Both the position numbers and the translations under genes were made by a program. A stretch of 64,000 nt of DNA from Chiloscyllium plagiosum (Eukaryota), in assembly GCF_004010195.1 (NCBI RefSeq), contig NC_057749.1:22540976-22604975 (forward strand). Direction: 5' to 3'. Under the pieces are notes generated by a model. The model saw only the letters and a list, made by a program, of their open reading frames with translations, was not told the origin of the DNA and did no database searches. Below are positions 11,641 to 23,827 of this stretch, piece by piece; positions within the stretch are counted from its first letter, which is position 1; every line of letters begins with the position of its first letter.

Positions 11641-12514
11641 GTCTTGAAGTTTGATATGAACTCAGTCTTTTGTTAGTTAACCACCAATGATGAATCTGTC
11701 CTTTAGAACTTAAGACAATACAGCATAGAACAGGTCTTTCGGCCCTCGATGTTGCGCCGACCTATGAACTAATCTAAGCCCATCACCCTACACTATCCCA
11801 TCATCATCCATGTGCTTATCGAAGGACTGCTTGGTACTTCTTTTTTCTCATTGGAACGTTATTTTTTTAACTTTTTAAAAATTCATTCATGGGATGAGGG
11901 TGTCACTGGCTGGGTTAGCATTTATTGCCCATCCCTAATTGTCCAGGGGCAGTTAAGAGTCAACCACATTGCTGTAGGTCTGGGCTCACATGTAGGCCGC
12001 ACCAGGTAAGGATGGCAGTTTCCTTCCCTGAATGACATTAGTGAACCAGATGGGTTTTTCCGACTCTTAATTCCATGTTTTTATTGAATTCAAATCCCCC
12101 CACATCCTGTCATGACAGGATTAAAACTCAGGTCTGCAGAACATTACCCGGGTCTCTAGGGTAACAGTGCAGCGATAATACCACTAGGCCATTGCCTCCT
12201 CCTAACATTAATATCTAATATCTAACTTTACTGCCTGCAACAGCATCTCCACTGATCTATCCCTCAAACAAACTTGCCAATTCACTTTAACTTGCTCTGT
12301 TTTCACGTGCTGCTAATTGCCCTTATATAAGTTTACAACACACTTTGCGGACTGATTTGTCTCACTCTCAAATGGAGTGTAAAACGCCATCGTACCATGA
12401 TCGCTGCTGGTCTTGAGACGTGGCAGCGAGCTGAAAGCTCATGTGGTCTGCTTGCCACATAAGTACATGGCACAGGAGTGAGACCAAGGGAGCAGACTGA
12501 TGTACCGCAAGATA

Positions 12515-12753
12515 TGTGGTGCTGGAAAAGCAGCAGCCGAGGAGCAGGACAGTCGACATTTCGAGCAAAAGCTCTTCCCCACCCCCTCCCATTTATTTCT
12601 CAGCCCCCTCGGGCCTCCCCACATTCGTGATGAAGAGCTTATGCTTGAAACATCGACTCTCTTGCTCTTCGGATGCTGCCTGACCTACTGTGCTTTTCCA
12701 GCACCACACTTTTTGACTCTGACTCCCCAGCATCTGCAGTCCTCACTTTCTCC
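12515..12753. mobile_element. Palindromic PLE terminal insertion (family A) with imperfect TSD
   Basis: Inverted arms tgtggtgctggaaaagca / tgcttttccagcaccaca; flanked by taccgcaagata / taccgcacgata. Confidence 0.7.
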
Positions 12754-13999
12754 TAATACCGCACGATAGCCGGCCCTTGACTGATGGCCGGCTACCTGAA
12801 TTCGTGTCTGTGCTGAGCGGGGAGCACTGGAGGTCTCCAAATGAGGGGTCAAAGTGCAAAAAAAAAACCAAGGCCGGGACACTGTGAGCAGCTATTTAGG
12901 CAAACGCTCAGAGAACGAGCGAGTGGGCATCCCTGAGATGCAGCCCGGTACACTCTGTGAGCTAGGGGCCAGTCCAGTATCACAGCAAATTGCTGGTGTG
13001 CTCCAACGTGTGGCACTGACGTACAGAATTATATTGGAAATCAGTTGGAGATATGCCATGATGGTGCAGGGAGATGGCACATATCAGAGGTCCATGGGCG
13101 TGCAGCATGTGACCAATGCCCTGGAGCTTGCCCTGAGACATTGGTGCCAGCTGTCCAAGATGGAGGTCTGGAGGAACCAGCAGCAAACTGGTGTTGCCAG
13201 GTAACCGCTCTGACTTCTATCTTGGGAATTTGTAGCTTCTAGTTTCTATCCGCCCCACAGGAAGCTGAGGCAAGGTTCATTCTTAATGAGAGTGACAGGG
13301 ATCAGTAATCCCCGTTAAAGATACCATGCCACTCCCTAGTGGGAATCTCATCTTTACATCCAGAACTCTGTTGGAAACAGACTTACAAAAAGAAAGGACA
13401 TCAATTTTCATTTCCATGCTGATCAGACATCCCAATCTGGCCTCGTCCCATTTGCCAGCATTTGGCCCATATCCCTCTAAATCTTTCCCATTCATATACA
13501 ACATATAAAAGGCATCTGGATGGGTATTTGTACCAATCTCCACCACTTCCTCTGGCAGTTCATTCCATATACATACCACCCTCAGCTTGGAAAGTTGTCC
13601 CTTTTAAATCTTTCCCCTTGCACCTTAAACCTGTGTCCTCTAGTTTTGGACTCCCCCACCCGAGGAAAAAGACCTATTCTTTCCCCCATGATTTTGTATA
13701 CCTCAAGAGCATGAGAAGAGGGTGTTGCTTGGTTGGTCTTTGTTGATCTGGTGGTACAGGAAGTTAACTGTCAATCTTTGTCTTCGAGCCAGGACACTAG
13801 ACTCTGATTGGTCACGTTGTTGCAATGTGATTGTGCTACTGGATATCACTTATTAAATATTCCAAAATGTGCTAAGAATTACACAAGCAATTTAAGTCTA
13901 TTCTTCAGCTCCAAGGTGTGACATATGTGAATGTACTAGAAACTCCATGTTTTGCATTTAGAATTTGTACACACATTGCACCTTTCTCATAGAAAGAAA

Positions 14000-14320
14000 G
14001 AATCATAGAATCCCTACAGGAGGCCATTCAAGTCCAAACCAACCTTCCAAGAAGCTCCCACACAGATCCACTCCTCCTACATTTCCCACGGCTAACCCAC
14101 CCAGCACACACATAACCCTGAACACAATGGGCATTTTAGCATCGCCAATCCACCTGACCTGCACATCTTTGGACTGTGGGAGGAAACCGGAGCACCTGGA
14201 GGAAACCCACGCAGACACAGGGAGAATGTGCAAACGCCATGCAAACAGCCAAAGATGGAATGGAACTTGGATCCCTGGCACTATGAGGCAGTAATATTAA
14301 CCACCAAGACCCATACCATC
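14000..14320 (-). mobile_element. HE1-like V-SINE
   Basis: cctgcacatctttggactgtgggaggaaaccggagcacc core on the reverse strand. Confidence 0.85.
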
Positions 14321-14393
14321 CCAGGGATTAAAAGTAATTTTGATAAAACATCTGGAATTGAGTCTTGTGATGACTATGGAATTGTTGTTGGTT

Positions 14394-14592
14394 GAGAAAG
14401 TGAGGGCTGCAGATGCTGGAGATCAGAGCTGAAAATGTGTTGCTGGAAAAGCGCAGCAGGTCAGGCAGCATCCAAGGAACAGGAGAATCGACGTTTCGGG
14501 CATAAGCCCTTCTTCAGGAATTCCTGTCGATTCTCCTGTTCCTTGGATGCTGCCTGACCTGCTGCGCTTTTCCAGCAACACATTTTCAGCAG
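14394..14592. mobile_element. Young palindromic PLE terminal insertion (family A) with 13-bp TSD
   Basis: Perfect ca. 65-bp inverted repeat 14428-14492 / 14526-14590; TSD ttgttgttggttg at 14382-14394 and 14593-14605. Confidence 0.85.
14488..14519 (-). ncRNA. Minimal type I hammerhead ribozyme motif, intact core
   Basis: Minus strand: UC-CUGAAGA-A-GGGC(UUAU)GCCC-GAAA-C-GUC^GA. Perfect stem II, palindromic ACGU stem III, NUH=GUC; stem I is very short. Confidence 0.65.
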
Positions 14593-14614
14593 TTGTTGTT
14601 GGTTGTCAGGACAG

Positions 14615-15415
14615 AAAAATCAATGTGAGGTACTGCATTTTGGCAAAGCAAATCGGAGCAGGACTTATACACTTAATGGGAAGTTACTGAGGAGTGTTGC
14701 TGAAAAAGAGACCTTGGAGTGCAGATGCATAGCTCCTTGAAAGTAGATAGGATATTGAAGGCAGCATTTGGTATGCTTTCCCTTTTGGTCAGAGTATTGA
14801 GTATAGGAGTTGGGAGGTCATGTTGTGGCTGTACAGGACATTGGTTAGGCCACTTTTGGAATATTGCATCCAATTCTGGTCTCCTTCCTATCAGAAGGAT
14901 GTTGTGAAACTTGTGAAGGATGTTCAGAACCCCATTCAATTCTATTTTGATTTAATCCCTACCCTCCACTTCACTGTTTGATCACACAGCATTGCCCTTC
15001 GATGTGAAGGGCACTGTTTGTCACTGGCCACTCGGGTGTTTCCTTTCTCCCTGGTGGTGGAAACTGCACCTTGTGTTTTTCACTGTGTCTCACACCTGCA
15101 CACACACACATGGGTGCGAGGGAAAATTAAGCACTACCGCAGTTAGGCGGTAGTGTGGGATAATAAAAATAAAGAAAAAGGGTTCAGAAAAGATTTACAA
15201 AGATGTTACCAGGGTTGGAGGGTTTGAGCTATAGGGGAGAGGCTGAATAGGTTGGCAATTACAACATCTGGATGGGTATATGAATAGGAAGAGTTTAGAG
15301 GGATATGGGCCAAGTGCTGGAAAATGGGATTCAATGAGGTTGGGATATCTGGTCGGCATGGACGAGTTGGACCGAAGGGTCTGTTTCTGTGCTATAGATC
15401 TCTATGACTTTGACT
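14615..15415 (+). mobile_element. CR1 LINE 3' fragment split by an insertion at ca. 14930-15180
   Basis: DLGVQMHSSLKVDR..KAAFGML motifs; resumes with ggttcagaaaagatttaca; CR1 tail ggaccgaagggtctgtttc. Confidence 0.85.
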
Positions 15416-17934
15416 CTTTGACCTTATGCTCTTTAGGGTTCACTGGGGCTCTTTCAGGAAGGAAATCTGCCAACCTTACCTGGTCTGGTCTATGGCTAAC
15501 ACTTAACTGCCCTCGGGACAGTAAATATTCATCTGACCAGTGACACCAGCATCTGAAGAATGATTTGTTTTTAAATCACAAAATAGATCTGTAGGTTTTT
15601 ATTGCATTGTTGTTTGTGGGCCTTTGCTGTTTTGTTATTAAATTGGCTTTTGCTTAAAGTTGAGAGTACAACTTCCCCAGAAGAGAGAAAAAAAGCTGCA
15701 ATTATATAATATCAATACGACAATGCTTCTCTATAGCCTTCTACGGCACAGTAATAGTGTCCGTACCCCTAGACTGGGAGGGCTGGCTTCGAAAACCACT
15801 TGGTGTATAATAACATTTCTAAACCGGTTCCTTAGAAAAAAAACTTGCTGACAGAAGCAGACTTCAGTGGTTGCCTGGATATAGATTCCTCACCCTTACC
15901 TTTCTGAGAACATACACACACATCCCATACAGAAAGGACAAATTCTATCAGAATACTCCTTTTATCTTGTCATTTTCTGTTGTATCCCATCCATGAAGGG
16001 AAAGAAGAAAAAAAAATCGCAGAATTTTATTAATTCCTGGCTGCCTGCTGATGTCAGCTTTTTGAAAAAACGCATCAGTGGTTAATTTGTTTAATGGTCG
16101 TTTGATTGCGTGTTTAAGATTCTCTGACTCAACACTGTACAGTACTACTTTAACAGTTCATAAGTAGAAACTCTTTCTATCGTCTCACTGGTTATGGAAG
16201 CATCACTCTCGCACACATCATGGCCATAACTGTATTTGTTACAACCTGTGTGCATGCCAATTCCGGTGGTTATTAATGGTATTCGCTTGCTGTATCTAAG
16301 ACACACCCAGCCTCCCTAATTTGTTCTGTAATCGAACCCACCGATTAGTTGAGTCTGATAATGAGTTGGCTCGGTCTGACTAAATATAGCTCAAATGAAA
16401 GCATAGGATACATAGAGCTGCCTGCAGTGTTTGCACCCTTTCCAACCACTGGCAGAGAGTTCAAGACTAATCTTCACACGTCGAGTTCACGCTTTCACAC
16501 AACGCAAATATGCAAAACCGACGTTATTTAACTTCCCGTCCAATTCACTCTCAGATTGCAGAGTGTCACTAGAAGGTGCTCAGCTATTTCTTTTGAGGCA
16601 GGGGTTGCTGGGGTGGGAGAAGATGTTGGAACAGTCACAAATCATCTCAAGACCCGTACTGCAGGGACTACAATACAGGCCATTCAGCCCCACCGGTCAA
16701 AGCCGGTGTTTTTATTTGTCTGTGTGGGTGTCACTGGTCAGCATTTGTTGTCCATCCCCAATTAAGAGTCAACCACATTGCTGCGGGTCATATATCGGTT
16801 CAGACCAGGTTAGGACAGCAGTTTTAATAGATGTGGAGCAGATTTGGGCTGCAATGTTGACTGTCCTGCTCTTCGGATGCTCTCTGACCTGCAGTGCTTT
16901 TCCAGCTTCACATCTATTGACTCCAGCTTCCAGCATCTGCAGTCCCTTACTGCCTTCAGGACGGCAATATCCTCTCCAAAGGACATCAGTGAACCAGATG
17001 GGCTTTTTTTTTCTGACAATCAGCAATGAATTCAGTCATTTGACTCTTAAATACAGATCTTTATTGGAATCAAATTCCGCCATTGCCATGGTTGGATTTA
17101 AGCCCAGGCCCCCAGAACATTACTTGGGATGCTGGATTAAAAGTTCAGTGATAGGACCACGAGATCACCACTGCCCCATGCTCCACTGAAGTCTCCTCCT
17201 CATTCAATTCTACACTGCCAACTCCTTCATACAATATCTTTCAATTATTCCTACAATGTGCACCTCTGCTAATAACTTCCACATTTACATTGAATTCTTT
17301 ACTTGATTACTTTATGATGAGCTGACTCTAATTGCCTCTTGTTGTGTTCTTCTGCACTAGGAAGCACAGAATCTCAGTATCCATTCTTTCAAAACCATTC
17401 ATAATTAAAATAGAAACAATCTTAGGTTTCACATCTGAGAGTCAGATGGTGCAGAGGGAAACCAAATGGCAATTTTTACATATTACTAAATGTATTTAAC
17501 AATGCAACGTCATTGGCTCCCTCCTCCCGAAGTGATACATGGTGTCCCAGAAGTCCATCTTGAAATGTGCTTAAGATACTTAATCAATGGTTTATTCTTC
17601 CATCCTTAACCTTAAGAATGCAATTAGCATACTATTAACAGATTAGCCTTACTTCAAATTAAAATGTTAGAACATGTAAATGATATTTTAATATACACCA
17701 GAAAAGAAGGGAAAAAATGATTTTTTCATATTCCGTACACCACCAATGGAAAACATCTCTTCGCTCGGAACTCCAACAGTGTCATTGCACAGGCATTCTG
17801 TTTTGTAAAATGATCTGAGAATTGACACCTTGCATCTAAGTATCAACTTGAAAGCTTTTATTCTTCCTAGCATCCCTCATTGACTACCGAGCTCAATCAC
17901 ACCTATTGTCAAACGCACATTATCCTGAAAGGAT

Positions 17935-18540
17935 TATTTTCACTGAAGCGTAGGAGGCTGAGAGGCGACTTTACAGGGGTTAATAAAATCATGAGAGGCA
18001 AAGATAAGGTTAATGGGAGGTGTCTTCTCCGTAGGATGGGGGAGTCCAAGACTATGGCGCACATTAAGGTGAGAGGAGAGAGATTTAGAAAAGACATAGT
18101 TAAAAATCACACAACACTAGGTTATAGTCCAACAGGTTTAACTGGAAGCACAATTTGTCAACCATCTGATGAAGGAGCGGCGCTCCGAAAGCTGGTGTGC
18201 TTCCCATTAAACTTGTTGGACTATAACCTTAGTGTTATGTGATTTTTAACTTTGTACACCCCAGTCCAACACTGGCATCTCCAAATCATGACTAGAAAAG
18301 ACATGAGAGACAATTTTATTTTTTACACCGAGGGTGGTTCGCGTGTGGAATGAACTTCCTGTGGAAGTGGTAGATGTGAGCACAATTACAACGTTTAAAA
18401 AACATTTGGATAGGTACATGAATAGAAAACGTTTGCAGAGACATGGGCCAGGAGCAGGCAGGTGGGACTAGTTTAGTTTGGGGTTATGTTCAGCATGGAC
18501 TCGGAGGGTCTGTTTCCATGCTTTATGACTCTATGACTGT
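17935..18540 (+). mobile_element. CR1 LINE 3' fragment
   Basis: LFSLKRRRLRGDFTGVNKIMRG..GERFRKD, interrupted by the 18098-18292 insertion. Confidence 0.85.
18098..18292 (+). mobile_element. Palindromic PLE-like insertion (family C) with 12-bp TSD and hammerhead motif
   Basis: TSD tagaaaagacat at 18086-18097 and 18293-18304; inverted arms ca. 18099-18152 / 18196-18250; centre CUGAUGA-A-GGAGC(GGC)GCUCC-GAAA-GCUG. Related fragment at ca. 56808-56915. Confidence 0.75.
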
Positions 18541-19074
18541 ATAACAGCATTCAATGGGCAAACTATTCCTTCCTTGTGTAGAATTTACCTGAAAATTTTG
18601 GACAATATTGGTGTTACCATTGACCAGAAACTGAACTGGAGTCAAAAGAATCATGTGACTACAAAAGCTGATCAGAGGCTAGGAATCCTGCAGCAAGAAA
18701 CTCAACCCCTGGCTCCCCACCAGCTGTCCACTATCTACAAGACACAGGTCAGGAGTGGGATGGAATACCCCCTGGATGACTGCAGCTCCAACAACACTCA
18801 AGAAGACTGATAGCATGGAGAACAAAACAGTCCACTTGATCAATAGCCCATCCACCACTTCAGACATGCACTCACTCCCCCATCAAGGCATAATAGCAGC
18901 AACGTGTATCATCTGCAGCAACCTTACAGCAATCTAGCAATTTCAGAAGGCTGAGGGCATTAGATTCATGGGAACACCAGCTAGTTCCACTCAGGCCACA
19001 TACCAGCCCGACTGCGAAGCATATCACCATTTCTTCACTTTCAAAATCCTGGAACTTCCTCCCTGAAAGTGCTC

Positions 19075-19410
19075 TGGGTACAACTGGGTAGGGTGACACT
19101 GCTGCCACACAGCGCCAGGGACCCAGGCTTGATTCCAGCCTCGGGCGACTGTCTGTGTGGCATTTGTACGTTCTCCCCGTGTCTGCATGCGTTTCCTCCG
19201 GGTGCTTCGGTTTCCTCCCACAGTCCAAAGATGTGTAGGTTAGGTGAATTGGTCATGCTAAAAATTGTCCATAATGTTCAGGGATGTTTAGGTTAGATGC
19301 ATTAACCAGGGGTAAATGTAGGGGATTGGGTCTGCGTGAGATACTCTGCAGAGGGTCGGTGTAAGCTTGTTGGGCCAAATGGCCTGTTTCCACCCTGTAG
19401 GGATTCTATG
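19075..19410 (+). mobile_element. HE1-like V-SINE inserted in an older LINE 3' end (18600-19540)
   Basis: cactgctgccacacagcgccagggaccc..ggtttcctcccacagtccaaagatgtg..tgtagggattctatg. Confidence 0.85.
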
Positions 19411-19979
19411 AACTATACCACGTGAAGTGCACAGGTTGAAGAAGTTGGCTTTCTATCACTTTCTCAAAGGCATCTAGAGATGGGCAATCAATCCTGGCAG
19501 TGCCAACAATGCTCACATCCTGTAAATTAATAAATAAAACCAGCATCTGGTCTCTGCCTGAGTGCACTGCCAAAGCAATTCCCCATTTGAGCTTTTCAAT
19601 TGCCATGTCTCTTCTTTAGATGTAATGCCATCTTCCTGAGATTCCTGGCATGATCTGTCTGCCAGTACCTTTTGATTGTTAAATAAACCTTACTCTAGAC
19701 CTCTTCTGCTTAATATCAAAGCTTTTCAATTTAAAGCCTGAATTCCAATCTTCCCATGACCTTTCCATGCCTTCTGTTTGACAGTTTTCTCAATCCCCAG
19801 TATTAAGGTTTACCCCAGATGGCCTTATAACTCCAAATTCTTCCCCCAGAGTTCACATTTTGATGGATTCCCTTTTCATCAAGGATTCACGGATGAGGGA
19901 AGTAATTGAACTGATTGGAGGCCCTTCTCGGGGCTGGGGAACTATCCCAGAGTATAGAGGTCTCTTAGAATCTTCACAA

Positions 19980-20283
19980 TCTTAGAATTGCTACAGTGTG
20001 GAAACAGGCCCTTCGGCCCAACAAGTCTACACCCACACAGACCCATTCCCCAACCCTATTATCCTATATATGTACCCCTGTCTAACGCATCTAACCTACA
20101 CATCCCTGAACACTATGGAGCAATTTAGCACGGCCGATTCACCTAACCTGCACATCTTTGGAATGTGGGAGGGAACCCACGCAGACACAGGGAGAATGTG
20201 CAAACTCCACACGAGGCTGGAATCGAACCTGGATCCCTGGCGCTGTGAGGCAGCAGTGCTAACCACTGAGCCACGTGCCACCC
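19980..20283 (-). mobile_element. HE1-like V-SINE
   Basis: Reverse-strand head, V-domain and tail are all present. Confidence 0.85.
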
Positions 20284-20449
20284 GTATTGTGGGATTTGGG
20301 ATTCCTTCCTGTCAGTGAAGATGACACCTCCCAAGCATCTGAAGAAAACCCTTTGCATGGACCATCCACAACGAGGCAGCTGTGCCCTTGCAGTTTGGTT
20401 GACTAGATCACTTCTCATGAAGAATCCGTTGCTAAAAGAAACCATAATA

Positions 20450-20762
20450 GCAGGCTCAATGGTTAGCACTGCTGTCTCACAGTGCCAGGGACCTGGATTC
20501 GATTCCACCCTCGGGCAACTGTCTGTATGGAGTTTGCACATTCCCCCTGTGTCTGTATGCATTTTCTTCCACTGTCCAAAGGTTAGATGAATTGGCCATG
20601 CTAAGTTGTCCACAGTGTTCAGGGATGTGTAGGTTAGGGGCATTAGTCAGGGGTGAATGTAGAGTAACAGGGTAGGGGAATGGGTCTGGGTGGGTGTCCC
20701 TTCGGAGGGTCAGTGTGGACTTGTTGGGCCGAAGGATCTGTTCCCACACTGTAGGGATTCTG
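20450..20762 (+). mobile_element. HE1-like V-SINE
   Basis: ggctcaatggttagcactgct..ggattcgattcc..cacactgtagggattct. Confidence 0.85.
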
Positions 20763-21384
20763 GGATTTATACTTCCACATATATTATGGTTTGCTAATGG
20801 AGAAGGAGAAGGAGACAACCAATCTTTTCTGGTCTGGTCTATGTGTAACTCCAGACTTGCTTGATCTTTAACTGCCTTCAGGAATGGACAATTAAAAGCT
20901 GCCCTAGCCAGCAACTCTGTGAATGAATTAAACAAAAAAACTTCTAAAATCATTATGAGCAACTCCACCCTGTGTAACACTCCCCCACCCCTGCCCATTT
21001 TCAGTCAGAAATTCAGGCAGTGCTCTAAGATTGGTGCCTATCCAATTTACCATCGCGTTATCTACAGTCATCCCATTGTCATTAGCATGATTAAAAATCT
21101 GGTTGCCACATCATTAAAATAGAAAGTGAAATTGGGCTGGATTTTACAGCCTACCACTGGCTTACATACAGTATCCCTGTAAAATGCAGCATGTGGTCTG
21201 TAATCTACACCTTCCCATTGGCTTCCAGCCTGTCCCCCTTTTTCCGGCATGTAGTGGAAACATCAGGGGCAAGATTTAGCAGATTTAAGTATCCAGGGAA
21301 ATTTGAAAATTATTTCATTAATGGCCTGTACAGTTTAGTTGAAAAGAGTGAAGGTTTGAAATCAAAATACAAAAGATACCAATT

Positions 21385-21716
21385 TCATAGAATCCCTACA
21401 TTATAGAAGGTGGCCATTTAGCCCATCAAGTCCACACCACTCTCCAAACAGAATCCCACCCATACTCACCCCTTCCTATCCTGTAACCCTGCATTTCTGG
21501 TGGGTAATCATCCAACCTACACATCCCTGTACACTATCAGCAATTTAGCCTGGCCAATCCACCCTAACCTGCACATCTTTGGCCTGTGAGAGGAAACTGA
21601 AGCACCTGGAGGAAACCCACACAGACACGGGGAGAAATATGCAAACTCCACTCAGACAGTCACCAGAGGCTGGAATCGAACCCGGCTCCCTGGTATTGCA
21701 AGGCAGCAGTGCTGAG
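21385..21716 (-). mobile_element. HE1-like V-SINE
   Basis: Reverse-strand core cacagacacggggaga..gaggctggaatcgaaccc. Confidence 0.85.
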
Positions 21717-22391
21717 TGTTGTTGGAAGTATTGATGAATTATTGTCACATCAATTCCAGTCCAAAGAAGATCTGGCTTTGGAGAAAGCTATTCAAATTGC
21801 ACGATAAGCAGAAACAAGGACGACTCACAAACAAATCCGGAGAGGCAAAGGGCATCCTTGTCACAGGATGGTAACAGAATCCATCCACTCTATAGGCTAC
21901 GTACACTCTACAGACATTTGTGATAGGTCAACACAATGAATAGGCCTTGCAACAGATACTAAGCATCAGTGCCTACCTATGACCAAAGGATGTTGCATCT
22001 GCAAAGGTACAGGTTACTTCCAGAAAGTGTGCAGACTTAAGAATCAATTTCAGAGCAGCAAAACAACAAATGCTTACTCATACAAAGATGCTAAAACAAT
22101 AGAATCACCATTGGAAAAGGTACCCAAAAGGGAGAAATCAATAATTGAAATGACTGGAGTTTGGCACGACCTGTTTAAGTCAATGAATACCATATTAATT
22201 TAAGCTTGGCGCAGGGGTGAATTTCACCGTCCTATCAGATCTAATATAATGGCTAGAGAAACAGAAGTCACAGCCTACAGTCATGGTACAAGTGGAGTAA
22301 CTCCTAATGTGACAGTTATTCTACAAGTTACATTACAACTTGACAACTGTCAAACAGAAGAGAATGCTGACATAATACATCATCAGGAAAT

Positions 22392-22970
22392 CACATGACA
22401 GAGTCATACAGCATGGAAACAGACCCTTCGGTCCAACCAGTCCATGCCGAACATAATCCCAAACTAAACTATTCTCACTTGCCTGCTCCTGCCCCATATC
22501 TGTCTAAACCTTTCCTATTTATGTACTTATCCAGATGTCTTTTAAACATTGTAATTCTGCCTGCCTCTACTACTTCCTTAGGAAGTTAATTCCACGCGCA
22601 AAACATGCCCTCTGTAAAACAAAATTGCCCCATGTGTTTTTAAATCTTTCTCCTCTCACCTTAAAACTTTGCCCCCTTGAAATCCCCCAAACGAGGGAAA
22701 AGACAATTACCATTAACCTTATCTATACCCTTCATTATTTTATAAACTTCTATAAGGTCACCTCTCAACCTCCTACACTCCAGTGAAAAATCTCAGCCAT
22801 TCTTTATAACTGAAACCTTCCACACCCGGCAACGTCCTGGTAAATATCTTCGGAACCCTCTCCAGCCTGTAATATCCTTTGTATAACTGGGCGATCATAA
22901 CTGGACACAGTATTCCAAAAAGAGGCCTCACCAATGTTCTGTACAACCTCAACATGACAGCCGAACTCTC
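22392..22970 (-). mobile_element. CR1 LINE 3' fragment nested in the Gypsy remnant
   Basis: VMLRLYRTLVRPL..RLERVPKIFTRTLPG motif; tail gagtcatacagcatggaaacagaccc. Confidence 0.85.
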
Positions 22971-23269
22971 TGAACAGGTTAGCATGTTTTGCCCTTAAAC
23001 CTATTCAAAAGGTTGAGAAATTTGAAGAACAGAGCGGTAAAAGGTCCATTGAGATGGGATATCCTAAACTGTTCACAGGACTAGAGCAAGGTCAAGAGTG
23101 TGGTGCTGGAAAAGCACAGCAGGTTAAACAGTATTCGAGGAGTAGGATATTCGACGTTTCATGCATAAGCCCTTCATCAGGATTAGGGCAACTCAATACT
23201 GAATATGGCATCATTAAGGAAAGGATGCTCAACCGTACATTGGACCAGACTAGATTCCCTCAAAATATA

Positions 23270-23827
23270 TTAAGAAGATTTCCTAGACTTTGCCTTTTTC
23301 TCATTTTAAAAGGTCAATATAAGGTATTGTATTCCAGATGCAATTCGATTGGTCAAACTACCAGATATAAAGGAAAACACACTTTATTCATACACTGTAG
23401 ATAAAATACAACAAAAGAAAATAATGAAAAGAATTGGCTTAGCTGTAACTCTGTTGAAATGCTTAACAAAATAATAGATAAATCAGCTGCTAAACAGTAA
23501 CTGTTCCAATGTAGTAACATCCCATAAACACACCTTTGGCAAAAGGAAAATCAGAACACACATTTGAGTCCAGCAGCTCATAAAAACCATAAAGAGAGAG
23601 TGAAGCAGCAGGGAGAGATGAGTTGCAGCTTCCAACCCCGCTGAGACCCCAGCCACAACAGTGAAAACTAAAAAATCCTGGCTCTGTGTGAATCTGACTA
23701 CACCCATTCAGGCTGCTTCTATTGTTGCAACTTTTCAAAAAAAAAAAGGCCTTACAAACTGTTTACTTTATTGGCTTTTCAAATAGAAAGCTCGGTATCT
23801 TTGTCAAGGGATAAAACAGGGCTTACA
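23270..23827 (-). mobile_element. Possible solo LTR nested in the Gypsy remnant
   Basis: Ca. 550-bp non-coding block interrupting pol-like sequence; begins TGTAAG on the minus strand (gcttaca on plus) with minus-strand AATAAA at ca. 23383-23388. The other boundary is unclear. Confidence 0.4.

Noticed and set aside
16431..17189. Longest ORF in the track (252 aa)
   Set aside because: Reads through LINE 3' UTR and PLE fragments, starts at a non-ATG codon and shows no domain.
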